Below, one piece after another: positions 1 through 7,998 of a stretch of DNA of 30,505 bases. Position 1 is the stretch's first letter, and the number at the start of each line of letters is the position of its first letter. The DNA comes from a virus (lineage: Duplodnaviria; Heunggongvirae; Uroviricota; Caudoviricetes). The stretch spans positions 1 to 30,505 of the IMG/VR virus record IMGVR_UViG_2565956726_000013. One strand, 5' to 3'. The position numbers and the translations under genes were made by a program. The notes beneath the pieces were generated by a model. That model was not told the DNA's origin and did no database searches. It saw only the letters and a list, made by a program, of their open reading frames with translations.

Positions 1-172
1 AACACGAGCAAACAGACAAAAAAAGGGCCAGCCAATTGGCCAGCCCTTCTTAACAGGATGTCGCTTAAGCGAAATCTTAGTTAAGACGCTCCTATTAACA
101 CCCCACAGCGAACAAACACTTACCATATAAAACAACTAGTTAAAGTAATTTTTAATGCAGTGAATTGCAGTG

Positions 173-1222
173 TTATGCAACCTCTGCCGCCACATTGTCG
201 CCAACATACAGCGATAACGGATTGAGGGTTACAGCTTGTTCAAGGTGGTCAGGAGCAAAGTGCGCATACTTCATTGTTTCTCGAATATTGGCATGTCCGA
301 GAATTTTCTGCAGCACCAGTATATTCCCTCCGTTCATCATAAAATGCGCACCAAAAGTATGACGCAAAACGTGCGTCTTCTGCCCTTCCGTCAATTCAAT
401 ATTCGTTAGTTTGAGCATCTTTTTAAACTCCTGATAGCAGGGTTTAAACATTCTGCCTTGACGTACGGACAACTCGTCGTACAGCCATTTAGGAATAGGA
501 ACTGTGCGATTCTTCTTACCTTTGGTTTTGGTGAACGTTAGTTTATATGGAGAAAGTTGAGGTCGGGTCAATCTCTCCGCTTCCCCCCATCGAGCGCCGG
601 TTGCAAGGCACACCTTAACAATCATGGTGAGGTCTTCTTTGCCGTATTGCTCGCAGGCTCGAAACAGCTCCGGGAGCTGAGACAAAGTTAGCCAGGACAT
701 TTCTTTCTCAGCTTCTTTGAATACTCGGATCCCATCAAGTGGATTGGGTAGGCTCCACTCCCCTAACCGGCGGAGCTCATTAAACACTGCTTCTAGGTAT
801 TGTTGTTCGCGATTGACGGTTATAGGTTTGGCGATCCATTTCGAGGGGTCTTTATGATAACCATTGTCTATTTCACCACGTAATCGACGGTCACGATAAT
901 GAGCCCAGTCTTTCGCGGTAAGGCGAGATGCAATCGGGTCGCCAAGTCCATTACATACGATTTGAAGCTTTGCAAACCTCGACTTACTGGCGACTAACGC
1001 TTGACCGTGCAAATTGTGCCAAAGCTGAATAATCTCGCTTAAGCGTCGGCGGTCTTCTTTCTTGCCGAGCCACGGCTTATCTTCACTCTCGCTTTTGGTA
1101 AATGCTTCAAATGCCTCGGCCTCACCTTTGGTATTGAACTGCCGACGTATACGCCGCCCTTCTCGACCATTTGGATAGAGTTCACACAACCATTTTCCAC
1201 TTTTTTGTTTACTTACAGTCAT
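173..1222 (-). CDS. int: Phage integrase, tyrosine recombinase (P2/186 family)
   Basis: 349-aa ORF; C-terminal region ...THVLRHTFGAHF...LGHANIRETMKYAHF... fits the tyrosine-recombinase catalytic box (R, H-x-x-R, Y); sits at the prophage edge next to the repressor operon. Confidence 0.9.
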   Translation of the reverse strand: MTVSKQKSGKWLCELYPNGREGRRIRRQFNTKGEAEAFEAFTKSESEDKPWLGKKEDRRRLSEIIQLWHNLHGQALVASKSRFAKLQIVCNGLGDPIASRLTAKDWAHYRDRRLRGEIDNGYHKDPSKWIAKPITVNREQQYLEAVFNELRRLGEWSLPNPLDGIRVFKEAEKEMSWLTLSQLPELFRACEQYGKEDLTMIVKVCLATGARWGEAERLTRPQLSPYKLTFTKTKGKKNRTVPIPKWLYDELSVRQGRMFKPCYQEFKKMLKLTNIELTEGQKTHVLRHTFGAHFMMNGGNILVLQKILGHANIRETMKYAHFAPDHLEQAVTLNPLSLYVGDNVAAEVA

Positions 1223-1246
1223 TGCGATACCGAGGCTAAAAGAAAA

Positions 1247-1585
1247 TTAATTACAAAGGGCTGTAGCGGCATCAATCACCGGTGAAATTGAAATTTTAAC
1301 GCCGTCATACTCAGGGTCATCCTTCCATACGTCATCTAAGTTAGACCCCTCCAGCTTTCCTGATTTAACAGCATCTACCGCCATGCCATTCAGAGGATAT
1401 CTATCATCAGTTTTGATGTCATACACAAAAGCATAAGCACGGTTAACACATGATACCTTTGCCTTTTCAAAGGTTAGAGGCCACTTGTCACCATATGCAG
1501 CGCCGTCTATCTCTTTAAACTTCTCAGCGGCTATGGCTGAGGAAGAAAGTGCAATGCAGACTATCGCAAATATAAACTTTTTCAT
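1247..1585 (-). CDS. Small secreted protein with cleavable signal peptide, possibly DUF2511/YebY-like (moron between cI and int)
   Basis: 112 aa; N-terminus MKKFIFAIVCIALSSSAIAAE is a classic Sec signal peptide; strong RBS (AGGAG) overlapping the cI stop; motif RYPLNGMA recalled as DUF2511-like (from memory, unverified). Confidence 0.6.
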   Translation of the reverse strand: MKKFIFAIVCIALSSSAIAAEKFKEIDGAAYGDKWPLTFEKAKVSCVNRAYAFVYDIKTDDRYPLNGMAVDAVKSGKLEGSNLDDVWKDDPEYDGVKISISPVIDAATALCN

Positions 1586-1594
1586 TACTGCTCC

Positions 1595-2440
1595 TTAAAC
1601 ATGCTTTTCCAAAGTAAAAATAACCGCACCTGATGGTGTGATATCTGAAATATTACATTCAAACTCAGCAGACTTATTTGATAACCTGACCTTTCCGCCT
1701 GGCAACCTGATTACGTCAAAAACATCGAGTGCGCCATCAATACCAATAAGCCAGCGACCATTTCCTATCTTCGAGTTAGAACTATCAACAAGCCAAGATG
1801 TGCTCACACCATCAATAAACACTAAATCATCAGTATTTGATGGAACCATAGATATATCAGGAGTCCAGCGTCCGATATCTTTGAGTTCGCCAGCCTCGAG
1901 GCGGCACTTTCTAATCGTTAAAGCATTTGCCGGTTCACCATCATTACTGTTACGCATCTGGCCTTTTCCGGTTGATAACCATTCTAACGATACGCCAGTA
2001 TCAAGGGCGCAAGTGACAACCACGTCACCGGGGAAAAAATCGCGTCTAACCCAAGTGCTTATAGTGCCGGAAGATATACCTAATAAATCTCCAAGCTCTT
2101 TTTGCAGAGTAAAACCATACGCATCGAGAATCCGACGCAGAACCGCCCTCCCTCCATTTGCCATGATTTCATCATAGAGTTGCTTACCTTTAAGCTTAGT
2201 TTTCACCACTTCAAATCTTGCATTTGCAAGCTCACCATTAATTAGCCATCGCAGGTCAGCTCCAGTATCAAGAGCACACTCAACGAAAACGTTGCTAGGG
2301 ATTACGTTTCTAGCAAGCCAGCTACTCACGTTGTTTGCATGTATGCCAAGCCTTTCGGCTAGTTCCTTTTGCTGCTTAAAGCCGTATGCAGAAAGGACAC
2401 GTTCCAATGCGGCAGACGCATTAACATCATTTTTAGACAT
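1595..2440 (-). CDS. cI: CI-type phage repressor with tandemly duplicated N-terminal HTH domain and LexA/S24-like C-terminal domain
   Basis: Listed ORF extends to 2629, but the likely start is the ATG at 2438-2440 (MSKNDVNASAALERVLSAYGF...). Two internal repeats: LERVLSAYGFKQQKELAERLGI...VECALDTGADLRWLINGE and LRRILDAYGFTLQKELGDLLGI...VTCALDTGVSLEWLSTGKG. C-terminus has an AG dipeptide and DISM...VIRL...GGKVRL...SAEF resembling the LexA S24 fold. Confidence 0.8.
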   Translation of the reverse strand: MSKNDVNASAALERVLSAYGFKQQKELAERLGIHANNVSSWLARNVIPSNVFVECALDTGADLRWLINGELANARFEVVKTKLKGKQLYDEIMANGGRAVLRRILDAYGFTLQKELGDLLGISSGTISTWVRRDFFPGDVVVTCALDTGVSLEWLSTGKGQMRNSNDGEPANALTIRKCRLEAGELKDIGRWTPDISMVPSNTDDLVFIDGVSTSWLVDSSNSKIGNGRWLIGIDGALDVFDVIRLPGGKVRLSNKSAEFECNISDITPSGAVIFTLEKHV

Positions 2441-2553
2441 ATGACACCAACAAGAATTTTGTTTACAACCAAAATTTAGCGATCTATATTGGTGCTCACC
2501 GACCAAGATGCACACCACTGCACTACATTTCAAACAACAGGAGATAATGCGAT
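2441..2553. promoter_or_regulatory. Divergent lysis/lysogeny switch region (pR/pL-type promoters and operators, not resolved)
   Basis: 113-bp AT-rich intergenic region between divergently transcribed cI (minus) and the early operon (plus); contains repeated CACCAAC/CACCGACCAAG-like motifs. Individual -35/-10 boxes and operators not assigned. Confidence 0.4.
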
Positions 2554-2925
2554 ATGTCAGATGCAAAATCAATCTCGACGCACGACTCGCAAAACTCACA
2601 AAATCAAACTGTGCTGCTAGATCCAACACAGTTTGATGCCATCGTTACCGCCATGCTGCCAGCTCTACAGACAATGATTCGCTCCGCTATGTCAGACACG
2701 ATGACTGTGAAAGACTTCGCCGCTACTCGCGGTGTTAGCGAGCGTCTGGTCTGGCAATGGCTCGATGAGGGAGTCCTTCTCAAAGCTCCGACCAAAGACT
2801 TTTCCAACAAAGAGGAAGCTGCTAAACGAAGCCGAACCCTCGTAAACGTAAAAGCATGGCGCGATAAGCTGACTCAACAAGCGATTGATTGTCGCTACAT
2901 CGACCAGCGCACCGCTCTTAACTGA
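2554..2925 (+). CDS. Apl/Cox-like early regulator / excisionase-type HTH protein (putative)
   Basis: 123 aa; RBS AGGAGA upstream of ATG; segment MTVKDFAATRGVSERLVWQWLDEG resembles excisionase/AlpA-type HTH; first gene of the early operon, divergent from cI as in 186 (apl) and P2 (cox). Confidence 0.5.
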   Translation: MSDAKSISTHDSQNSQNQTVLLDPTQFDAIVTAMLPALQTMIRSAMSDTMTVKDFAATRGVSERLVWQWLDEGVLLKAPTKDFSNKEEAAKRSRTLVNVKAWRDKLTQQAIDCRYIDQRTALN

Positions 2926-2957
2926 ATTTGATTATGCAAGTTAGAGGGAATTTAACC

Positions 2958-3467
2958 ATGTTTGATTTTCAGGTTTCCAAACATCCCCACTATGACGAAG
3001 CATGCCGCATTTTCGCACAGCGTCACAACATGGCGAAGCTGGCCGAGCGTGCAGGTATGAACGTTCAAACGTTACGTAACAAGCTCAACCCGGAACAGCC
3101 TCACCAGTTCACGCCGTCTGAATTGTGGCTGCTGACTGACCTGACCGAAGACTCAACCCTCATTGATGGTTTTTTAGCGCAGATTCACTGCCTACCATGC
3201 GTGCCGGTTAATGAGTTGGCTAAAGACAAATTGCAGTCTTATGTCATGCGCGCAATGCGTGAACTCGGCGAACTGGCGAGCGGCGCGGTATCTGATGAAC
3301 GTCTGACCATTGCCCGTAAGCACAACATGATTGAAAGCGTTAACTCCGGCATTCGCATGTTGTCATTGTCGGCTCTGGCGCTGCATGCACGTCTGCAGAC
3401 TAATCCAGCTATGTCGAGCGTGGTCGATACCATGAGCGGTATTGGCGCATCGTTTGGTCTGATTTGA
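2958..3467 (+). CDS. cII: CII-like transcriptional activator (phage 186 CII family)
   Basis: Start chosen at ATG 2958 (RBS GAGGGA 8 nt upstream) rather than the listed TTG at 2928; product begins MFDFQVSKHPHYDEACRIFAQRHNMAKLAERAGMNVQTLRNKL, matching my recollection of 186 CII. Confidence 0.8.
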   Translation: MFDFQVSKHPHYDEACRIFAQRHNMAKLAERAGMNVQTLRNKLNPEQPHQFTPSELWLLTDLTEDSTLIDGFLAQIHCLPCVPVNELAKDKLQSYVMRAMRELGELASGAVSDERLTIARKHNMIESVNSGIRMLSLSALALHARLQTNPAMSSVVDTMSGIGASFGLI

Positions 3468-3474
3468 GGTGCGT

Positions 3475-3675
3475 ATGCTGAAAAGTGAACCGTCATTCGC
3501 ATCTCTGCTCGTTAAGCAAAGCCCCGGCATGCACTACGGCCACGGCTGGATCGCAGGTAAGGACGGCAAGCGCTGGCACCCGAGCCACTCGCAGGCTGAT
3601 TTACTGGCTGGCCTCTCTACTCAAAAGCGGGGGGGATCATGGCTATCGAAGCTGTTTCCGCGACTGTTCCGCTAA
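3475..3675 (+). CDS. Hypothetical early protein
   Basis: ATG at 3475 with RBS GAGGTG immediately after the cII stop (the listed ORF starts at a GTG at 3469); 66 aa; no recognisable motif. Confidence 0.4.
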   Translation: MLKSEPSFASLLVKQSPGMHYGHGWIAGKDGKRWHPSHSQADLLAGLSTQKRGGSWLSKLFPRLFR

Positions 3676-3977
3676 AAGCGGGTGAACGTCTGGCCGGTCT
3701 CAATCATGTTGCCGAATTGCGCGCGAGATATTGGGGCGATAGCTGGAAAGAGGTTGAACGTTTTGTCGATGATATGCGCGATAAACGTGATCCACAATTT
3801 GAAGAAAATAATCGGGCGCTGGCCGCTATTTTCTTTCTGGCAAAAATACCGGCGGCTCGTCATGAACTCGAATTAAGTGAGCTGACTACTGACGAGAAAA
3901 AGGCGCTTATTACAGCGATGAATCATTTTCGTGCAGTAGTGAGCTTATTTCCCAAACGGCTAACCATGCCGAATTAA
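3639..3977 (+). CDS. Hypothetical early protein
   Basis: 112-aa ORF with G-rich RBS; overlaps the preceding ORF by 37 bp; same strand in the early operon; no motif recognised. Confidence 0.45.
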   Translation: MAIEAVSATVPLKAGERLAGLNHVAELRARYWGDSWKEVERFVDDMRDKRDPQFEENNRALAAIFFLAKIPAARHELELSELTTDEKKALITAMNHFRAVVSLFPKRLTMPN

Positions 3978-4044
3978 TCCAAACAGAAATTTAATGGCGT
4001 AAACCCGCCGGGCATCTTATTGCCCGAAATCAGGAGAGTTAATT

Positions 4045-4272
4045 ATGCGTAATACCGAAATCAGTAGTTTTAACACTGATAGCGATGCGCTGGCCGTATT
4101 GCTGACCGATGCAAAAAAAGAAGAGCGTAAAGACCGCGCGCTCGCTGTTTCCATCCGCCTTGAGGCGCTGGCTATCCATATTACCAGAGAGGGAATGAGC
4201 GGCACCGAAGCTGCCGAACTGCTGCGCCGTGAAGCAACCCGCTTTGAGAATGAATCACAGGAGCTGCACTAA
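4045..4272 (+). CDS. Hypothetical early protein (possibly DUF2732-like)
   Basis: 75-aa ORF, RBS GGAGAG upstream; position equivalent to the small orfs upstream of gene A in P2/186. Confidence 0.5.
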   Translation: MRNTEISSFNTDSDALAVLLTDAKKEERKDRALAVSIRLEALAIHITREGMSGTEAAELLRREATRFENESQELH

Positions 4273-4493
4273 TGGCCGACGCAATGGATTTAGCACAACT
4301 GCGCGAGCAGGAAGACCGCGAACGCCACATCAGCAACGCACGCACCCGTATCGCTGCACCTTCCCGTTTTCTTTGCGAGGAATGTGACGCACCAATCCCG
4401 GAAGCTCGCCGCATTGCGATTCCGGGCGTGGCTTTTTGCGTAACCTGCCAGCAAATCGCAGAGCTAAAAAACAAACACTATCGGGGGGTATAA
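4272..4493 (+). CDS. TraR/DksA-family C4 zinc-finger protein
   Basis: 73 aa; CEEC-x17-CVTC four-cysteine motif (FLCEECDAPIPEARRIAIPGVAFCVTCQ); start overlaps the upstream stop (ATGG/TAATG arrangement). Confidence 0.65.
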   Translation: MADAMDLAQLREQEDRERHISNARTRIAAPSRFLCEECDAPIPEARRIAIPGVAFCVTCQQIAELKNKHYRGV

Positions 4494-4494
4494 A

Positions 4495-6717
4495 TTGGCT
4501 GTTCAATTCGCTTATCCGTGGAACGTCCCACGGTCGGCAATCTCCAGCCCATACCTTACTTATGAGCAACAGCATCGCCGCGACCGTATGTTCGCGGCTT
4601 TGCTGCATGCAAAAAAGGTGCTTTCTCTCCAGCCCGACAGCGTGCGGTTAGATGTTTATCGCACTGCTGCGGTGCTGGAGCAAAATCAGGGTAGTCAACG
4701 AGCCAATGCATTTTTAATCAGCTTCTGCAAAAAGGCATTGCCGCGTCTTGAACTGGTCGCAAAAAAATACGAATGCGCTGGTATCAACAGCAAGGTATCA
4801 ACCGCTGTTTTTGGAAGTCATTTTGATACTCAGCAAATGCAATATCTGTCGTCACGCATGGTTAATATGGTCGCCAGATATAACCGTCTCCCGGACATGT
4901 CGCGCGCTGATGTTGACCTGTTGGCCGCTGATATTGCTAATTTCATTCGTGGTGAACTTGCCAACATTAATGACCACGGATTCGGCGAGCTTAAAACGCT
5001 GTACACCTGGTATATTCGTGCTGGCTTTATTTCCCTCCAATTCAACGTTATCCCACCACATTGGGAGCGGGTTGAAAAAAAATATGTCGGTGCGGATGAA
5101 ATCGCACCGGCTATCGCCAAAATGTTTAACGATGGGTGGTGGCGCGGTCGTTTGCGCCGTGTTGCAGCTACGTGGCGCGAACACCTGCAAATTGCAGTCG
5201 GCAACGTCAGTAAGAAAAAAAACACTTACGCGAGTAAAAACTGCGTGACTGACTGGCGTGAACAAAAGCGCCGCACTCGTGAATTTCTCAAAGGTCTGGA
5301 TCTCGAAGACGAAGACGGCAACCGTATCAGCCTGATTGAAAAATATGATGGCTCAGTTGCTAACCCTGCGATTCGCCGCTGTGAGCTCATGACCCGCATT
5401 CGTGGGTTTGAAAACATCTGTAATGAGCTCGGTTATGTCGGTGAGTTTTACACTCTAACCGCGCCGTCAAAATATCACGCCACGACTAAAGCCGGTTACC
5501 GTAACAGCAAATGGAGCGGTGCCAGCCCGGCTGACACGCAAAACTATCTAACCGGTATCTGGGCGCGTATCCGTGCCAAACTACATCGGGAAGATGTCCG
5601 TATTTTCGGTATTCGTGTCGCCGAGCCCCATCACGACGGCACTCCACACTGGCACATGCTGATGTTCATGCTGCCGGAAGATGTTGAATATGTTCGCTCC
5701 ATCGTCCGTAAATACGCATGGAAAGAAGACCGCCACGAACTGAAAAGCGATAAATCCAAAAAAGCACGTTTCCACGCCGAGTCCATTGACCCGGAGAAAG
5801 GCAGCGCAACCGGCTATGTTGCTAAATACATTTCAAAAAATATCGACGGTTATGCTCTCGATGGTGAAACCGATGATGAAAGCGGTGAGCTGCTGAAAGA
5901 GACAGCCCCCGCCGTTTCAGCATGGGCTGCGCGCTGGCACATCCGTCAGTTTCAGTTTATTGGTGGTGCGCCGGTGACGGTTTACCGTGAGTTGCGTCGC
6001 CTCGCTGATACCGAAACCGCGCACGGTCTGAGCGTTGAGTTTGCCGCCGTCCATGATGCCGCCGACGCTGGTGACTGGGCTGGTTATGTTAATGCTCAGG
6101 GTGGGCCGTTTGTCCGTCGCGATGATTTACAGGTGCGCACACTGTATGAACCGCGTACCGAGCTTAATCAGTACGGTGAGGAAACGGTATGTATTAAGGG
6201 GGTCTACGATTCCTCCATAGGTGCAGGAAGCCCGATTTTAACCCGGCTCACTCAGTGGAAGATTGTTCCGAAGCGTGCTGTTGATTTGGCCGTTGACCTT
6301 CAGGACGGCAAAGCCGTCCCTCGGAGTTCTGTCAATAACTGTACGGGAAGCGAAAGCGATCCACCGATACTGGATTTAACAAAACCACTGAGTCGGCGTG
6401 AAAGACGAGAATTGACCAACCGACTCAGGAAGCAAAAGCCAGCAGCACGGCGAAAATTCATCCACGGAACGGATGAGCAAAACGCAGCTATAGCTAAAAC
6501 TATCGACGAGATACATCTGACAACCGGCATTAATATCAGCCGGGGCGAAGCCCTGCACCTGATGGCCGGTGGTAAAAGTTGTTTTGATGGGAAATGGCTA
6601 CGCGGAACGGCCAAAGGAGAAATATTTTCCGCAGCACCATCGCATGAGGCTAAAGCTCGGAAAATCCTTAATCGTGTTGCGGCGATGGCTGAAGCATCAA
6701 AACCAAGACATGAGTAA
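4495..6717 (+). CDS. A: Replication initiation endonuclease, rolling-circle initiator (P2 gpA / 186 RepA family)
   Basis: 740 aa; N-terminus MAVQFAYPWNVPR parallels P2 A (MAVKASGRF...); conserved HUH-type motifs EPHHDGTPHWHMLMF and GYVAKYISKNIDGY (active-site tyrosine region). Apparent TTG start at 4495 with a G-rich RBS. Confidence 0.9.
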   Translation: MAVQFAYPWNVPRSAISSPYLTYEQQHRRDRMFAALLHAKKVLSLQPDSVRLDVYRTAAVLEQNQGSQRANAFLISFCKKALPRLELVAKKYECAGINSKVSTAVFGSHFDTQQMQYLSSRMVNMVARYNRLPDMSRADVDLLAADIANFIRGELANINDHGFGELKTLYTWYIRAGFISLQFNVIPPHWERVEKKYVGADEIAPAIAKMFNDGWWRGRLRRVAATWREHLQIAVGNVSKKKNTYASKNCVTDWREQKRRTREFLKGLDLEDEDGNRISLIEKYDGSVANPAIRRCELMTRIRGFENICNELGYVGEFYTLTAPSKYHATTKAGYRNSKWSGASPADTQNYLTGIWARIRAKLHREDVRIFGIRVAEPHHDGTPHWHMLMFMLPEDVEYVRSIVRKYAWKEDRHELKSDKSKKARFHAESIDPEKGSATGYVAKYISKNIDGYALDGETDDESGELLKETAPAVSAWAARWHIRQFQFIGGAPVTVYRELRRLADTETAHGLSVEFAAVHDAADAGDWAGYVNAQGGPFVRRDDLQVRTLYEPRTELNQYGEETVCIKGVYDSSIGAGSPILTRLTQWKIVPKRAVDLAVDLQDGKAVPRSSVNNCTGSESDPPILDLTKPLSRRERRELTNRLRKQKPAARRKFIHGTDEQNAAIAKTIDEIHLTTGINISRGEALHLMAGGKSCFDGKWLRGTAKGEIFSAAPSHEAKARKILNRVAAMAEASKPRHE

Positions 6718-6791
6718 TTCATATCCATATCATGCACATACAGCAATCGCTCTATTCATTTTTTTTCTTCCCATCTTTTGCCAATACGTGC

Positions 6792-6811
6792 TACTGTATA
6801 AATATACAGTA
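6792..6811. promoter_or_regulatory. LexA operator (SOS box) overlapping a promoter
   Basis: TACTGTATAAATATACAGTA: perfect CTGT-N8-ACAG palindrome with AT-rich spacer; possible -35 TTGCCA upstream; RBS GGGAGGG and ATG 6831 follow. Confidence 0.75.
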
Positions 6812-6830
6812 ACCCTATGGGAGGGATTTC

Positions 6831-7013
6831 ATGGTTGGCGAACATTTCAGCCGAACGCAGCAAAAGTGGGCTTGTGTGCAATTTATTGCCGAGGTATCTC
6901 TGATTGCAAACTGCAAGCCATCAGACTTAAAGCTCGCGCTCACTCTCATTGCAGACCTAGCAAACAGCGAAAATAACGAAACCGAAGATGATAATTTTTA
7001 TAAGGCTGATTAG
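6831..7013 (+). CDS. SOS-regulated small protein, Tum-like antirepressor N-terminal part (putative)
   Basis: 60-aa ORF directly downstream of the LexA box with a strong RBS; ends at TAG 7011-7013, in the same frame as and 3 nt before the DinI-like ORF. Confidence 0.5.
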   Translation: MVGEHFSRTQQKWACVQFIAEVSLIANCKPSDLKLALTLIADLANSENNETEDDNFYKAD

Positions 7014-7016
7014 ATT

Positions 7017-7250
7017 ATGAGAATCAATATCACGTTGGATAAAGAGCAAAAAATTAGTCAGACAACGTTGGATGCACTTGAGGCTGAGCTGTACCGCAAT
7101 CTTCAACCTATTTACCCAAAGACTGCTATCCGCATTCGTAAGGGCTCAGCTAATGGCGTTGAGCTAAGCGGTTTGAAACTGGACGAAGATAAAAAACGAG
7201 TGATGGAAATCATGCAGCAGGTATGGGAGGACGATAGCTGGCTGCATTAA
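7017..7250 (+). CDS. DinI-family protein (DinI-like C-terminal part of a Tum-type module)
   Basis: 77 aa; MRINITLDK...LDALEAELYRNLQ...DKKRVMEIMQQVWEDDSW aligns by eye with E. coli DinI (MRIEVTIAK...IDALAGELSRRIQ...DKQRISEILQETWESADDW). Confidence 0.75.
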   Translation: MRINITLDKEQKISQTTLDALEAELYRNLQPIYPKTAIRIRKGSANGVELSGLKLDEDKKRVMEIMQQVWEDDSWLH

Positions 7251-7253
7251 CAA

Positions 7254-7325
7254 ACGCCGTCGGTGCTGAATCTTGCTTTCAGTGCTGACGGGGTTGAACC
7301 ACTGGCTCCGCGAGACGTTAGTTCT
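7254..7325 (+). repeat. Intergenic ~70-bp repeat, copy 1 (hairpin-containing)
   Basis: AACGCCGTCGGTGCTGAATCTTGCTTTCAGTGCTGACGGGGTTGAAC...GCGAGACGTTAG; roughly 80 percent identical by eye to the copy at 7657-7728; directly follows a stop codon. Confidence 0.55.
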
Positions 7326-7445
7326 ACCTTTCAAACTTTCTCGATGTTTTATTGGTTACACACCGGTGAATAATGGGACGTTACCTTAGAGGATTTTATA
7401 GTGGCGCTTTGACAGCACTGAATAAAATTCATTGAGGGCGATAAT

Positions 7446-7655
7446 ATGCATCGACTACCGGGCGAAATTCCGCAGCACAAAACTAAAAGCATAAAACTGA
7501 TGGCTATCGTTCATCGCTTGCAGACGATAATGGTCAATGAGAATCTGACGCCAGCAGAATTAGTCGGGTGTGCAGAAGTGGTCAGAGATAACTACGGCAA
7601 GCTGGACGATATCAGCAGACCGACACATTACGCACCGCCACCACATCGACCATAG
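7446..7655 (+). CDS. Hypothetical protein
   Basis: 69-aa ORF with RBS GAGGG 7 nt upstream of ATG; flanked by the two intergenic repeat copies. Confidence 0.35.
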   Translation: MHRLPGEIPQHKTKSIKLMAIVHRLQTIMVNENLTPAELVGCAEVVRDNYGKLDDISRPTHYAPPPHRP

Positions 7656-7656
7656 A

Positions 7657-7728
7657 TAACGCCGCCGGAGCTGAAACTCGCTTTCAGGTCTGGCGGGGTT
7701 GAACAACGAGCTACGCGAGGCGTTAGCT
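7657..7728 (+). repeat. Intergenic ~70-bp repeat, copy 2
   Basis: AACGCCGCCGGAGCTGAAACTCGCTTTCAGGTCTGGCGGGGTTGAAC...GCGAGGCGTTAG; terminal AACGCC/GGCGTT inverted complement; directly follows a stop codon. Confidence 0.55.
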
Positions 7729-7788
7729 GGTCATAGCGTCGCAAATGCTTTAGCCGTCTGCTGGTTAAATAATTCGAGGTTTTTGGAC

Positions 7789-7983
7789 ATGCAAAATCCC
7801 CTTTCATCGAAAAAAGACCCGTTTGCCGATTGGGCAAAGAATCTGACTTTAATGGCTTTAAATAACGACCTGAGCTCTCGCGAGGTGGAAAGCTACACCG
7901 CAAAAATGGTCGGGCAGGCCAGTAAAGATGAGCTTTCAGTCGTTATCAAACACCTATTAAATCACATCAGAATGCGCAAATAA
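7789..7983 (+). CDS. Hypothetical protein
   Basis: Listed ORF starts at a TTG inside repeat copy 2; ATG at 7789 with GAGG 9 nt upstream is the more plausible start (64 aa). No motif recognised. Confidence 0.35.
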   Translation: MQNPLSSKKDPFADWAKNLTLMALNNDLSSREVESYTAKMVGQASKDELSVVIKHLLNHIRMRK

Positions 7984-7998
7984 GAGGAGCTATATAAT

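Noticed and set aside
1-172. Possible attachment site or tRNA 3' end at the prophage left boundary
   Set aside because: Only short palindromes (for example GCCAATTGGC around 33-42) are visible; no tRNA-like acceptor/T-arm structure and no second att copy in the window, so no att call can be supported.
1638-2177. 179-aa plus-strand ORF antisense to the repressor gene
   Set aside because: Lies entirely inside the better-supported cI coding region on the opposite strand; no RBS; Ser/Pro-rich low-complexity translation typical of a shadow ORF.
4748-5265. Several 130-170-aa ORFs on both strands inside gene A
   Set aside because: Nested within the strongly supported replication endonuclease gene; alternative-frame artefacts.
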